From an uncultured Acidimicrobiia bacterium (GTDB lineage: Bacteria; Actinomycetota; Acidimicrobiia; Spongiisociales; UBA5794): a stretch of 64,000 bases of DNA. Position 1 is the first letter of the stretch. Every line of letters begins with the position of its first letter. The position numbers were made by a program, and so were the translations under genes. This document shows, in pieces, positions 39,638-49,205 of the stretch. Below the pieces are notes generated by a model, which was given only the letters and a program-made list of their open reading frames with translations, was not told where the DNA came from and ran no database searches. The stretch is from positions 297,457 through 361,456 of the forward strand of contig CAVQOG010000003.1 in assembly GCA_963714375.1 (NCBI GenBank). The letters are read 5' to 3'.

Positions 39638-40465
39638 ATGACCCAACTCCTCGCCATCACTTCCGCAGCCCTTTTCGGCATCGCTGACTTCGCTGGCGGA
39701 ATCGCGACACGTCGATTGCCTGCATGGACAGTCACGGCGTGGTCACAGCTTCTTGGCACACCCTTTCTTGTTGTCGGACTCGTCGTTGTGGCAGCACCGG
39801 AGGTGACGCGCCCCGACCTCCTATGGGGTGCAGCAGGTGGACTTTTCGGCCTTGTTGGGCTGGCAATCATGTACGCAACGCTCGCCGCGGGTGCAATGTC
39901 CGTGGTAGCCCCGATCATCGGTGCGGGTGCAGCAGTCATCCCGGTCATCTGGGCGGTCGCGACTGGGGAATCGATGAGTCCGCTCGAATGGGCCGGAATT
40001 GCGGGTGCTGGAGGAGCCGTTGCGCTCCTGGCATCCCAACCGGGAACCGGAAGGATCAATCGGAGGCTGTTCCTCCAGGCATTGGCCGCAGCATTTGGGT
40101 TCGGCGTGTTCTTCATCGCCCTTGGACAGACGAACGAGGCATCCGGCTTGTGGCCCCTCGCAGCTGCAAGAATTGTGACCATTCCCGTAGCATTCTCGGT
40201 CGTGGTCCTCACGAAAACGCGGCCGATCACGCCGAAGGGATCGTGGCGACTTATCGCAATTGCAGGTTTCTTCGACATGACGGCCAATATCGCCATCGTC
40301 CTCGCTGTTCAACGCGGACCGCTCGGAATCAATGCGGTGCTCGGCAGTCTCTATCCCCTCTTCACGGTTGCCGCAGCGATCATCATTCTCAAGGAGCGCC
40401 CAACCGCACGCCAGTTCGTAGGCATCACACTCGCTGTGGCATCGATCGTCGTACTTGCGATCTAG
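39638..40465 (+). CDS. EamA/DMT-superfamily transporter (paralogue, divergent)
   Basis: Ten TM helices. Shares GIADFAGGIA-type N-terminal motif with the neighbour. Confidence 0.75.
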   Translation: MTQLLAITSAALFGIADFAGGIATRRLPAWTVTAWSQLLGTPFLVVGLVVVAAPEVTRPDLLWGAAGGLFGLVGLAIMYATLAAGAMSVVAPIIGAGAAVIPVIWAVATGESMSPLEWAGIAGAGGAVALLASQPGTGRINRRLFLQALAAAFGFGVFFIALGQTNEASGLWPLAAARIVTIPVAFSVVVLTKTRPITPKGSWRLIAIAGFFDMTANIAIVLAVQRGPLGINAVLGSLYPLFTVAAAIIILKERPTARQFVGITLAVASIVVLAI

Positions 40466-41646
40466 CGAGAAACCCGGTGTTCCGCCCGGTCGGCAGGAAT
40501 TGAGAACCCAACCACTCCACCGTCACCGGGGTGGATCCAGATGTTGCCGCCTAGCGCTACCACAAGATCATGGGCAATCGCAAGGCCGAGGCCCGCGCCG
40601 CCCGAGTCCCGAGTTCGGGCCGCGTCCGAACGCGTGAAGCTATCGAATGCCCGTTCAGCGAACTCAGGATCAAATCCACGGCCTTGATCCGAAACGACGA
40701 TCGTTGCCCCTCCTGTGTTCGTGACCTCGACCGTGACGGAAGAGCCACTTGGTGCATGACGCACCGCGTTGTCAAGGAGATTCCGAACGATCCTCCCTAC
40801 AGCCAGCGGCGAAGTGTCGACAACGACTCGCAGAGTTGCCTTGAGCGCAATGCTGACGCCCCTCCTATCAGCAACAGGAGTAACAATCTCCACCGTCTCG
40901 TCAACAAGCTCGGTTACATCGACACGCTGAACAGCAAGCGGGACATCTCCCGCTTGGATCCGCGCCAACAAGAAGAGGTCCTCCACAAGGGTGTGCAGGA
41001 CGGTTATGTCGGCTTGAAGCGATGCGAAGTACCGGTCAGGATCAGGAGCTACACCATCACTGAGAGCCTCAGTAGCAGCCTGCATCGAAGCAAGCGGCGT
41101 TCGCAGATCGTGGGAGACTGCGGCAAAGAAGTCACGCCGCCGCGCGTCCTCGCTATCACGTTCCTCTGCTGCGACTGCGAGCTGTCGTGCGAGTTCATCC
41201 AGCTCGCGTGCAAGCGAACCGATCTCGTCCACCCGAATCACACCAGTTCTCACATCAGACTCACCAGACGCAACCCTCCGTGCTGCATCTGACATACGGC
41301 TGAGATCCGTCGTCAGGCTCCTCGCCGCCGTGACTGCGAAAGTAACGGCTGTCACAAGCCCAAAACCCAACACCACGAGGACCAGCGTGAGGTCATGGCT
41401 CGAAAAGAACATCCGGTTTGCCGCAATCAGGAGGCCGAGTGAAGCGACAACCAATGACACGAGAGAGAGTGCGAACAATGTGGTCAGAAGCCTGTGGGAG
41501 CGCCGTGCAAGGAGTGGCAGGAATGCGGCCGCTATCCCAGACACCGTCGCCATCAACATGAAGATGATCGCGAGCTCGAACCGCTCCCCCCCCGACGGTT
41601 GCATCGTCACCTCGAACAGCGCAAGCCCGACCAGCACCGCCGTCAT
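40462..41646 (-). CDS. sensor histidine kinase (HAMP-HisKA-HATPase)
   Basis: Two TM helices, HAMP, H-box SHDLRTPL, G-box GGAGLGLAI. Start may extend to 41694. Confidence 0.8.
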   Translation of the reverse strand: MTAVLVGLALFEVTMQPSGGERFELAIIFMLMATVSGIAAAFLPLLARRSHRLLTTLFALSLVSLVVASLGLLIAANRMFFSSHDLTLVLVVLGFGLVTAVTFAVTAARSLTTDLSRMSDAARRVASGESDVRTGVIRVDEIGSLARELDELARQLAVAAEERDSEDARRRDFFAAVSHDLRTPLASMQAATEALSDGVAPDPDRYFASLQADITVLHTLVEDLFLLARIQAGDVPLAVQRVDVTELVDETVEIVTPVADRRGVSIALKATLRVVVDTSPLAVGRIVRNLLDNAVRHAPSGSSVTVEVTNTGGATIVVSDQGRGFDPEFAERAFDSFTRSDAARTRDSGGAGLGLAIAHDLVVALGGNIWIHPGDGGVVGFSIPADRAEHRVSR

Positions 41647-41663
41647 GGACCCAAGGACGATCC

Positions 41664-42350
41664 TCACGCTTCGAACCGATATCCGCGGCCCCACACGGTC
41701 GTGATACGTTCTGGGTTGTCCGGATCGATCTCAATCTTCTGGCGAAGTCTTCGGATATGGACGGTCACCGTGGAGGAATCCTGCCAGTCGGAGCTTGATC
41801 CCCAGACCTTCTCGAGCAGCTCAGCGCGAGAAAACACGGTCTTTGGATGTGACACCAAACAGACGAGTAGGTCAAATTCGAGCGGCGGCATTGCAACCGG
41901 GTCACCGGCCAAACGTACCTCGCGTGACAAACCATCGATGGTCAGGTCACCGCTCTCAATGTGTTGTGGTGGGGGATCGTCTGGCGCGGCTCTGCGGAGT
42001 ACGGCACGAACTCTTGCAGCAACTTCCCGAGGACTGAACGGCTTGACGATGTAGTCGTCCGCACCTAGTTCGAGACCAAGGAGCTTGTCGGTTTCCGTCG
42101 ATCGGGCGGTGAGCAAGATGACCGGAACATCGGTCTGCTCACGGAGTTTCGACAAGACGGAATAGCCGTCAAGCTCGGGCAGCATCACATCAAGCAGGAT
42201 CAGCGCGGGATCGATCTCTTCAACTGCGGACAGTGCCGCCAAACCGTCAGCTACCTCGTGCGTTTCGAAGCCGTCCCGAGCGAGGTACGTGCATACGACC
42301 TCACGAACCATCGGTTCATCGTCGACGACCAGCACTGTCTGTTTCAGCAT
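41664..42350 (-). CDS. OmpR-family response regulator
   Basis: VLVVDDE receiver domain plus winged-helix C-terminus (VWG...TVTVHIRRLRQKIE). Confidence 0.85.
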   Translation of the reverse strand: MLKQTVLVVDDEPMVREVVCTYLARDGFETHEVADGLAALSAVEEIDPALILLDVMLPELDGYSVLSKLREQTDVPVILLTARSTETDKLLGLELGADDYIVKPFSPREVAARVRAVLRRAAPDDPPPQHIESGDLTIDGLSREVRLAGDPVAMPPLEFDLLVCLVSHPKTVFSRAELLEKVWGSSSDWQDSSTVTVHIRRLRQKIEIDPDNPERITTVWGRGYRFEA

Positions 42351-42425
42351 GACCCGATAGTACGACGACCTGCCTGTCACCGGTCGCGTCCCACAACAGA
42401 GGAACGACCCTTTGGCTTCTCGGCT

Positions 42426-42605
42426 CTAGTGGGAGTAGGGGATGATCGCCTTGTTGATGATCCTCCACGCCTCGTCATCGTGATAGATCGTGTCGTGGTG
42501 GGAGCGCATGTGCTCGCGGGCCACTTCGAGGGTCTTCTTCTCGTCCGCTGCCTCACTCTTGTACGTGCATCCGGGAACGAGGTGTTCGCATACAAATTGA
42601 TTCAT
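42426..42605 (-). CDS. DUF1059-family small metal-binding protein
   Basis: 59 aa: MNQFVCEHLVPGCTYKSEAADEKKTLEVAREHMRSHHDTIYHDDEAWRIINKAIIPYSH. GGAG box 6 nt upstream. Confidence 0.6.
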   Translation of the reverse strand: MNQFVCEHLVPGCTYKSEAADEKKTLEVAREHMRSHHDTIYHDDEAWRIINKAIIPYSH

Positions 42606-42714
42606 GGCTACTCCAAACCTCACGGGCTGACCACAATACCTCCGTCGGGCCACCGATGACACCGACCATTCACACGCCTGACGATCGCGCCATACACTCA
42701 GCGGTGGAGGTTCC

Positions 42715-43905
42715 ATGACGACGAGATTTCTCGAACATCTCGCAGCCGAAGCTGCCGAGATCCGGGCAGCCGGTCTACACAAAGCCGAACGCGTACTTTC
42801 CTCGCCCCAGGATGCGGTGATCACCCTCGAGGATGGGTCACAGGTGATCAACTTCTGCGCAAACAACTACCTCGGTCTCGCAAACAGTCCCCTGCTCGAA
42901 GCGGTAGCCAAGGATGCGATCGACCGCTACGGGTACGGCATGGCATCGGTACGGTTCATCTGTGGCACTCAGACCGTCCACAAGGATCTCGAAGCGACGA
43001 TCAGCCGCTTCGTACACAAGGAAGACGCGATCCTCTACTCGTCTTGTTGGGATGCCAATGGTGGGCTCTTCGAAACGGTACTTGGATCCGAGGATGCGGT
43101 CATCTCGGACGCCCTCAACCACGCATCAATCATCGATGGTGTTCGACTCTGCAAGGCCAACCGATATCGGTACAACAACAACGACATGGTCGACCTCGAA
43201 AAGCAGCTCGTCGCGGCCAAGGATGCCCGATTCAGGCTGATCGCGACCGACGGTGTCTTTTCGATGGACGGCATCATTGCGAATCTGCCCGCGATTTGTG
43301 ACCTCGCGGACGAATACGACGCAATGGTCATGGTCGACGACTCTCACGCAATCGGGTTCGTTGGGCCAAATGGCGGTGGAACCCCCGACTACTGGGGTGT
43401 TGTCGACCGAATCGACATCCTGACGGGGACCTTTGGCAAGGCACTCGGAGGTGCAAGCGGCGGCTACACGGCAGGTCAAAAGGAACTCGTCGCGATCCTT
43501 CGTCAGCGGTCACGCCCGTACCTGTTTTCAAACTCGCTGGCACCAGTTATCAGCGCCACGACCATCGCAGCGATCGATCTCCTCGAAGGATCTGCAGATC
43601 TCAGAACCAAATTGGCGCACAATGCGGCTCGGTTCAGAGCAGGGATGGAAACCATCGGATTCACCCTTGCAGGTGCCGAGCACCCCATCATTCCGGTGAT
43701 GTTGGGCGACGCGACGGTCGCGGCAGAGATGGCAAACGCCCTCCTCGACAAAGGTATCTATGTCATCGGTTTCTCCTTCCCGGTTGTTCCTCGGGGTGAA
43801 GCTCGGATACGAACCCAGATGTCGGCAGCGCATACCGACGACCACATCGACGCTGCCATCGATGCCTTTGGCCGTGTCGGTCGAACGCTCGGGGTGGTCG
43901 CCTGA
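42715..43905 (+). CDS. kbl: glycine C-acetyltransferase (2-amino-3-ketobutyrate CoA ligase)
   Basis: Class-II aminotransferase fold. PLP-lysine in [13 protein letters not shown]. Confidence 0.9.
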   Translation: MTTRFLEHLAAEAAEIRAAGLHKAERVLSSPQDAVITLEDGSQVINFCANNYLGLANSPLLEAVAKDAIDRYGYGMASVRFICGTQTVHKDLEATISRFVHKEDAILYSSCWDANGGLFETVLGSEDAVISDALNHASIIDGVRLCKANRYRYNNNDMVDLEKQLVAAKDARFRLIATDGVFSMDGIIANLPAICDLADEYDAMVMVDDSHAIGFVGPNGGGTPDYWGVVDRIDILTGTFGKALGGASGGYTAGQKELVAILRQRSRPYLFSNSLAPVISATTIAAIDLLEGSADLRTKLAHNAARFRAGMETIGFTLAGAEHPIIPVMLGDATVAAEMANALLDKGIYVIGFSFPVVPRGEARIRTQMSAAHTDDHIDAAIDAFGRVGRTLGVVA

Positions 43906-44930
43906 TGCGCGCGCTCGTGAAGTCCAAACCCGAGCCAGGGATTTGGCTCGAGGACGTCTCCATGCCTGATGTCGGCCCGAACGATGTCCTGATCGCCGTT
44001 CAGAAGACGTCGATCTGTGGAACCGATCTCCACATCGTCGCGTGGGACGAGTGGGCGGCATCAACGATTCCGGTTCCGATGGTTGTGGGGCACGAATACA
44101 TGGGTGTTGTGGCTGGGGTTGGGTCTGAAGTCCAGGGCATCACGGTCGGTCAGCGCGTGTCGGGAGAGGGCCACATCGTGTGTGGACGGTGTCGAAACTG
44201 CCAAGCCGGGAGACGCCACCTCTGCATTCGGACGAAGGGTGTCGGCGTGAACCGGCCGGGAGCCTTCGCCGAATTTGTCGCCATCCCGGGTTCGAACGTT
44301 CAGCCACTCCCCGATGATGTGAGCGACGACATCGGCTGCATTCTCGATCCACTCGGGAACGCGGTTCATACGACACTCAATTACGACCTTGTCGGCGAGG
44401 ATGTGCTGATCACGGGGGCTGGTCCAATCGGCATGATGTCTGTGGCAATCGCCAGGCACGTCGGCGCGAGGAGCATCGTGGTCACCGATGTCAACGAATA
44501 TCGGTTGCGGCTGGCCGAAACACTTGGAGCCGATGTCGAACTCGACCCGACGCAGGGAACACTCAAAGATGTGATGGACAAACTCGGCATGACCGAAGGC
44601 TTCGACGTCGGGCTCGAAATGTCTGGACACCCCGATGCGCTCCACGACATGATCTCGACGATGAGCAATGGGGGCAAGATCGCCCTTCTCGGCATTCCTC
44701 CGAAGCAGGCACCGATCGATTGGAATGACATCGTCTTCAAGGGTCTGACGATGCAAGGTATCTATGGACGCCGGATGTTCGAGACGTGGTACACAATGCT
44801 CGCCATGCTTCAAACGGGTCTCGATGTGTCCCGCGTGATCACGCACCACTTCGATGCTGCGAACTTCGAGGAAGCCTTCGACGTTGTCCGCTCCGGTGAC
44901 TGCGGGAAAGTGGTGTTGGACTGGTCCTGA
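43905..44930 (+). CDS. tdh: L-threonine 3-dehydrogenase
   Basis: Zn-ADH fold (GHEYMGVV, structural-Zn Cys cluster CGRCRNC, GAGPIG). Confidence 0.9.
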   Translation: MRALVKSKPEPGIWLEDVSMPDVGPNDVLIAVQKTSICGTDLHIVAWDEWAASTIPVPMVVGHEYMGVVAGVGSEVQGITVGQRVSGEGHIVCGRCRNCQAGRRHLCIRTKGVGVNRPGAFAEFVAIPGSNVQPLPDDVSDDIGCILDPLGNAVHTTLNYDLVGEDVLITGAGPIGMMSVAIARHVGARSIVVTDVNEYRLRLAETLGADVELDPTQGTLKDVMDKLGMTEGFDVGLEMSGHPDALHDMISTMSNGGKIALLGIPPKQAPIDWNDIVFKGLTMQGIYGRRMFETWYTMLAMLQTGLDVSRVITHHFDAANFEEAFDVVRSGDCGKVVLDWS

Positions 44931-45040
44931 GAGTCGGACGTCAGACGACAGACGTCGGAGCCCCCCTGCGCCTCGCCATGCTCGGCGCGTCCCCCGCAAG
45001 CGGGAGGACGGGGAGAAGAAGTGAAGCCAGAAGTCAGATG
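44931..45040. repeat. family-B GC-rich repeat (GACGTCA heptamers, C6 run, CCCGCAAGCGGGAGGACGGGG hairpin, CAGAAGTCAGA)
   Basis: Shares GTCGGAG, homopolymer run, CCCGCAAGC and CAGAAGTC modules with the copies at 27409-27633, 34032-34058 and 56311-56395. Confidence 0.5.
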
Positions 45041-45042
45041 GG

Positions 45043-45112
45043 AACGCGTACCCAGGGTAAGTTCTGGCTGGAACTGCACACCGACCGTGGCGGTGGGTGA
45101 CAGCCCAGAGAA
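45043..45112. repeat. family-A repeat, variant with internal insertion
   Basis: ACGCGTACCCAGGG...GGCTGGAAC...AGCCCAGAGAAC. Confidence 0.5.
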
Positions 45113-45231
45113 CGACAGACCGAGGGTGAGTCCGCCTCAAGTCGCGAGCCGCCGAGCAGGCGCCAGGTCACTCTCCATCGTCGCGGTACTCATCTGCCGT
45201 CCCCCTGAAAGTGGACCGGGATCCTCAGGCT

Positions 45232-46358
45232 TCAGTTCTCAACGGTGGCTGGGCTACGACCGACGATTCGGGTGTAGTTGGCGGGATCCGTTGCGCCTTC
45301 GGTGACGATGACGAGGGCGATGTCGTCAGGACCGAGATTGAGTTGATCACGGAGGTCTGGGCGACGATCAACCAGACACAGGAGGGTTGCAAGCGACGCC
45401 GCTCCGGTCTCGCCTGCCACGATGCCCTCGGCAGCGAGGAGGCGCATCGCTTCTTCTGCCCACTCATCGTCGAACGCCACAACAGCGTCAAGACCGTCGT
45501 TGAGGACGGGGAATGCGATTGGTGAGGCGGTACCACAGTTGAGTCCAGCCATCATCGTGTCGTGCGTTCCAGGAATCGAGACGACCTCGCCAGACTCGAT
45601 TGCTGCCAGCACACAGGATGCAACGCTCGGCTCTCCACCGATGAACACGGGACGTGGTTCCGCTTCAGCGAACTTCGCGATCATCGCAACAGCGAGCGCA
45701 CCGACGCCCATCGGCGCCGAAACCACCGTGGCCATCGGCAGGCCCATTGCTGCCTCCTGATCCTCGATCTCGAACATCAGCGTCGAGTAGCCGTCAATGA
45801 CCCACTGGGGAACTGTTTCGTAGCCGGGCCATGATGTGTCGGATACCACAAGCGTTCGATCTCCGGCAGCTGCAGCCGCCACCTTCACCGCGTCGTCGTA
45901 GGGTCCGTCCACAACGGTGACTGTGGCCCCTTCGGCGACAATCGCATCGATACGCGCCTGCACCATGTCGATGGGGACCCAGACATGCGCGTCCAACCCA
46001 AGGAGCTGCGCCATACGGGCGACCGCCCGACCGTGGTTCCCGTCCGTCGCCGTTGCGAGGGTCAACGGCAGATGTGGTCGAATCATGGCGGCAAAAGCCT
46101 CAATAGTGTCCCATCCGTCCGAGTCGATACCGGTGCGTCGAATGATCGACCGATACGACGCCCACGACGCGCCGAGCATCTTGAAGGCTGGAAGACCAAG
46201 CCGAATCGACTCGTCCTTCACATAGAGAGCACCGATTCCGAGCCGATCGGCCAACGCTGGAACCACCCGAAGTGGGGTTCGTTCGTACCCGGGAAGCCGT
46301 CGGTGCAGGGTGAGAGGGTCGCGGGTCGACGGCTTGGCTGGTGGGTGTGGGGTGACAT
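45232..46358 (-). CDS. PLP-dependent diaminopropionate ammonia-lyase-like enzyme (YgeX/DpaL family); 5' end unresolved
   Basis: GYERTPL...LYVKDESIRLGLPAFKMLGASWA (PLP-Lys). No in-frame start after the upstream gene stop at 46409. Nearest ATG (46358) is +1 out of frame. Confidence 0.65.
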
Positions 46359-46408
46359 TGTTGAGAAGGACCCTTGGATCCGAAGTTGGTGGGTCCGAAA
46401 CTGGTCGA

Positions 46409-48184
46409 TCAGATATCGGTGGCACGGATCGGCACTCCCTGATCGCCGGTGATGACAGCCGTGAGGGTGGAGATTTCGCTTTCCCAACCCTCTGCTGCGA
46501 TCGGCACGATTCCATCGCCCGTTGCCACCAACCGGAACCCCTGTCCCTCGGCACCGGCAAAACGCACCTCGTCGAGCCACAGCTTCGGCTTGATCTGTGC
46601 GGGGTCACCGTCTTCGGGACAGAACGTCATACAGTTTCCACATTCGTTGCAAAGCTCCGCAAACACGAGGTACTGCCAGCGTCCCCCGATCTCGTCGGCG
46701 AGGTGCTCGGGGCTCGGAAGTTTGACGAAGGCATCGTTCGGACACACGGTCACGCACAGATTGCACGCTACGCAGCCCCACATCTGGAGCTTGTTGTCGA
46801 CCTCGCGAAGCTTCTTGGAGTTCCCCTCCTTGTTGTAGAGCCCGATGTCCTCGGCGACGATCGAGGCGACGTGACTGGCAACCCAGTCGCGATACCCGGC
46901 GGCACGGGCTTCGGTGAGTTTTTCCGTTCTCCAGGTCGCAAGCGAACGGTGACCGGATGCGGCAATGTCGGATGTCAACTGTTTGAGCATCGGTACGAGG
47001 CGTCCGTACCCGCCCGGCTTGAGCAGGTCGGTGCACATCGTTGCTGGGCCGACGCCCATAGCGATCGTGTCCGTCAGATTCTCCTTGCGAACTCCAGCCG
47101 AGAAGCTCACGATCCGTGTGCCGGCTTCCCCCGGAAGATCGAACACACCGGGAAGCGCAGTCACGAGCCTGTCAAGGATCGTCGAAGCGATGACATGGAG
47201 TGGCGGACCGGATAGGTACATCGGATCGTCCGGCATCCACCCCTTCTCGTTCTTGACGACGAGGGTGTTGGAAAGCTTGATCCCGAACTTGCGACCGAGT
47301 GAGTCAGCGTAGGCACCGAGTTCTCCGATAAGACTGAGCGCCCGATCAAATTGGAGATCGGTGTCGAAGGCATCCCTCGTGACGGTCACATCGTTGTACC
47401 CAAGGGTGTCGTGAAGCAGTGACTTGACGTTGTCAAAACCGAGAAGTGTCGGGTTCAGCTTGACGATCACATCGAGCTCGTGCTCATCCATCAGATAGCG
47501 GACGATGGCATCGATCTCGTCTGGAGGACAACCATGGAACGTCGAGAGCGTGAGGGTGTCAGCGATCGTGGTAGGGAAGTCAAGATCCCTGAACTCACCG
47601 AATGGTTCTGGAATTTCGGATCGCAACGCTTCAATCCGTGCGGACGCATCCTTCATCGATTCAATGAAGGATCGCACCTTGTCAGATGAGATCCCTTCGA
47701 GGTCGTATCCGACTGACATGTCGAACACCATCGGTCCCGTGTCCTCGCCGAGATACTCCCGCAACGGTTCCCACCGCTTGAGGATCTCGATGATCATCCA
47801 CGCCTTCACATACTCGTCGATCGTTACGGGTACTGCGAGCTCCTGGCTCCATTCGATGTTGTACCCGATGGTCTCCATGTCGATGCATGGGCGGGCAATG
47901 TCGAGGTCATCCATCACTTGCACGGTCTTGAGTTCGAAGACCCGAGACCCACCGAGCCATGCAAGGACGATGTTCTGGGCCATCTGCGTGTGTGGACCTG
48001 CCGCGGGACCGATCGGTGTGGCAGCAGGGCGACCGAGAAAATCAAAGGACAGGTCGATGTCGGGATCCGGCTTCCAGATGCGGGCCGACATCAGGTCGAA
48101 GATGCGGCCCCGGGTCTCCCACTCGAGCGCGATCCTCCCGAGCAGAGCTCCGAGGGACATGGGGGTGAGTGGTGGCTGGTCCAT
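46409..48184 (-). CDS. DHOD/DPD-like TIM-barrel flavoprotein with C-terminal 2x[4Fe-4S] ferredoxin domain (PreA/YgfK-like)
   Basis: Central dihydroorotate-dehydrogenase-like barrel. C-terminal CVACNLCVTVCP and CNECGNCMTFCP cluster motifs. Confidence 0.65.
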   Translation of the reverse strand: MDQPPLTPMSLGALLGRIALEWETRGRIFDLMSARIWKPDPDIDLSFDFLGRPAATPIGPAAGPHTQMAQNIVLAWLGGSRVFELKTVQVMDDLDIARPCIDMETIGYNIEWSQELAVPVTIDEYVKAWMIIEILKRWEPLREYLGEDTGPMVFDMSVGYDLEGISSDKVRSFIESMKDASARIEALRSEIPEPFGEFRDLDFPTTIADTLTLSTFHGCPPDEIDAIVRYLMDEHELDVIVKLNPTLLGFDNVKSLLHDTLGYNDVTVTRDAFDTDLQFDRALSLIGELGAYADSLGRKFGIKLSNTLVVKNEKGWMPDDPMYLSGPPLHVIASTILDRLVTALPGVFDLPGEAGTRIVSFSAGVRKENLTDTIAMGVGPATMCTDLLKPGGYGRLVPMLKQLTSDIAASGHRSLATWRTEKLTEARAAGYRDWVASHVASIVAEDIGLYNKEGNSKKLREVDNKLQMWGCVACNLCVTVCPNDAFVKLPSPEHLADEIGGRWQYLVFAELCNECGNCMTFCPEDGDPAQIKPKLWLDEVRFAGAEGQGFRLVATGDGIVPIAAEGWESEISTLTAVITGDQGVPIRATDI

Positions 48185-48186
48185 GT

Positions 48187-49203
48187 CTACAGCTTCGCGT
48201 GCAGGCGCCGCGCCTGCTCCGCGGCCTTGGCCCGAATCTCGCGTCCGTCAACTCGGGTGGCGATTCCGTCCCTGAGAACGGTTTCGTCACCGACAACGAT
48301 TTCGAGTGGTCGCACCCCAGGGGTAAACGCCAGATGCCAGGCCTCTGCGGGGTCATAGGACCAGGTAACACGGTCTGATCTCGCCTCGGGGAATAGGTTC
48401 CAGCCGGTCTCGAGCCAACCCCACGCTGTTTCGGGAGTGGCGGTCACGTCCGATTCGCGGTGCTTGAGATATGCGGCACGGAACGACCCGAGCATGTCTC
48501 CCCCGATGCCATCGGTTCCAAGCGCGACCGGGTTTGGGAATCGACTTGGGTTGGCGTAGCCAACCGAGTTGTTCATGTTCGACTCTGCGTTGTGCAGGAT
48601 GGTTCCCGATAGCGGGCGCTCAAGACCGATGGCATGGGCGATCAGCCACGAATCGTCAGCCATATCGGCCAACCTGTCACCCGCACCGGCATCCTCGGGC
48701 CCCTCGTGAACATGAATGTGCACACCGGCATCCACATCGTTGGCGAGTCCGGAGACGGCATCAAGTGTGTCATCCGACAGGGTGAAGCAGGCGTGCGCCC
48801 CGACCCATCCCCTTCCACCCTCGGACAGGAACCTGCGGTTCTCTTCGAGACCACGCTTGGCGCCGTCGGCACCGTTTCGGTCCGTGACCTCGTAGGCACA
48901 TGCGACACGTACACCAACCTCGGCGCAGGCATCTGCAATCACTGAGAGCGACCCCTCGATTGCGTTCGGTGCGGAATGGTGGTCGATGATCGCTGTTGTC
49001 CCACGCTCAAGAGCTTCGAGAGCGCCAAGCATCGCAGACCAGCGGGTCATTTCTTGATCGAGCGCAAGATCGAGCCTCCACCACACCTGTTCGAGGATTT
49101 CAAGGAACGTCGTCGGCGTCTTGGGTGGTGCGGGCATTCCGCGGGCAAGCGCCGAATAGAGATGATGATGGGCGCACACCAAACCCGGTGTCACTGCAGA
49201 CAC
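48187..49203 (-). CDS. amidohydrolase-superfamily protein (SsnA/chlorohydrolase-like)
   Basis: HxH metal motif (VCAHHHL) and later HxH/D ligands. 338 aa. Confidence 0.6.
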   Translation of the reverse strand: MSAVTPGLVCAHHHLYSALARGMPAPPKTPTTFLEILEQVWWRLDLALDQEMTRWSAMLGALEALERGTTAIIDHHSAPNAIEGSLSVIADACAEVGVRVACAYEVTDRNGADGAKRGLEENRRFLSEGGRGWVGAHACFTLSDDTLDAVSGLANDVDAGVHIHVHEGPEDAGAGDRLADMADDSWLIAHAIGLERPLSGTILHNAESNMNNSVGYANPSRFPNPVALGTDGIGGDMLGSFRAAYLKHRESDVTATPETAWGWLETGWNLFPEARSDRVTWSYDPAEAWHLAFTPGVRPLEIVVGDETVLRDGIATRVDGREIRAKAAEQARRLHAKL

Positions 49204-49205
49204 GC

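Noticed and set aside
42596-42714. riboswitch upstream of kbl-tdh
   Set aside because: No conserved riboswitch core (glycine, SAM or TPP type) recognisable. The spacer is short and GC-rich.
44061-45140. 359-aa minus-strand ORF
   Set aside because: Antisense to tdh, and it runs through the family-A and family-B repeat block.
46310-47215. 301-aa plus-strand ORF
   Set aside because: Antisense to the PreA/YgfK-like flavoprotein gene.
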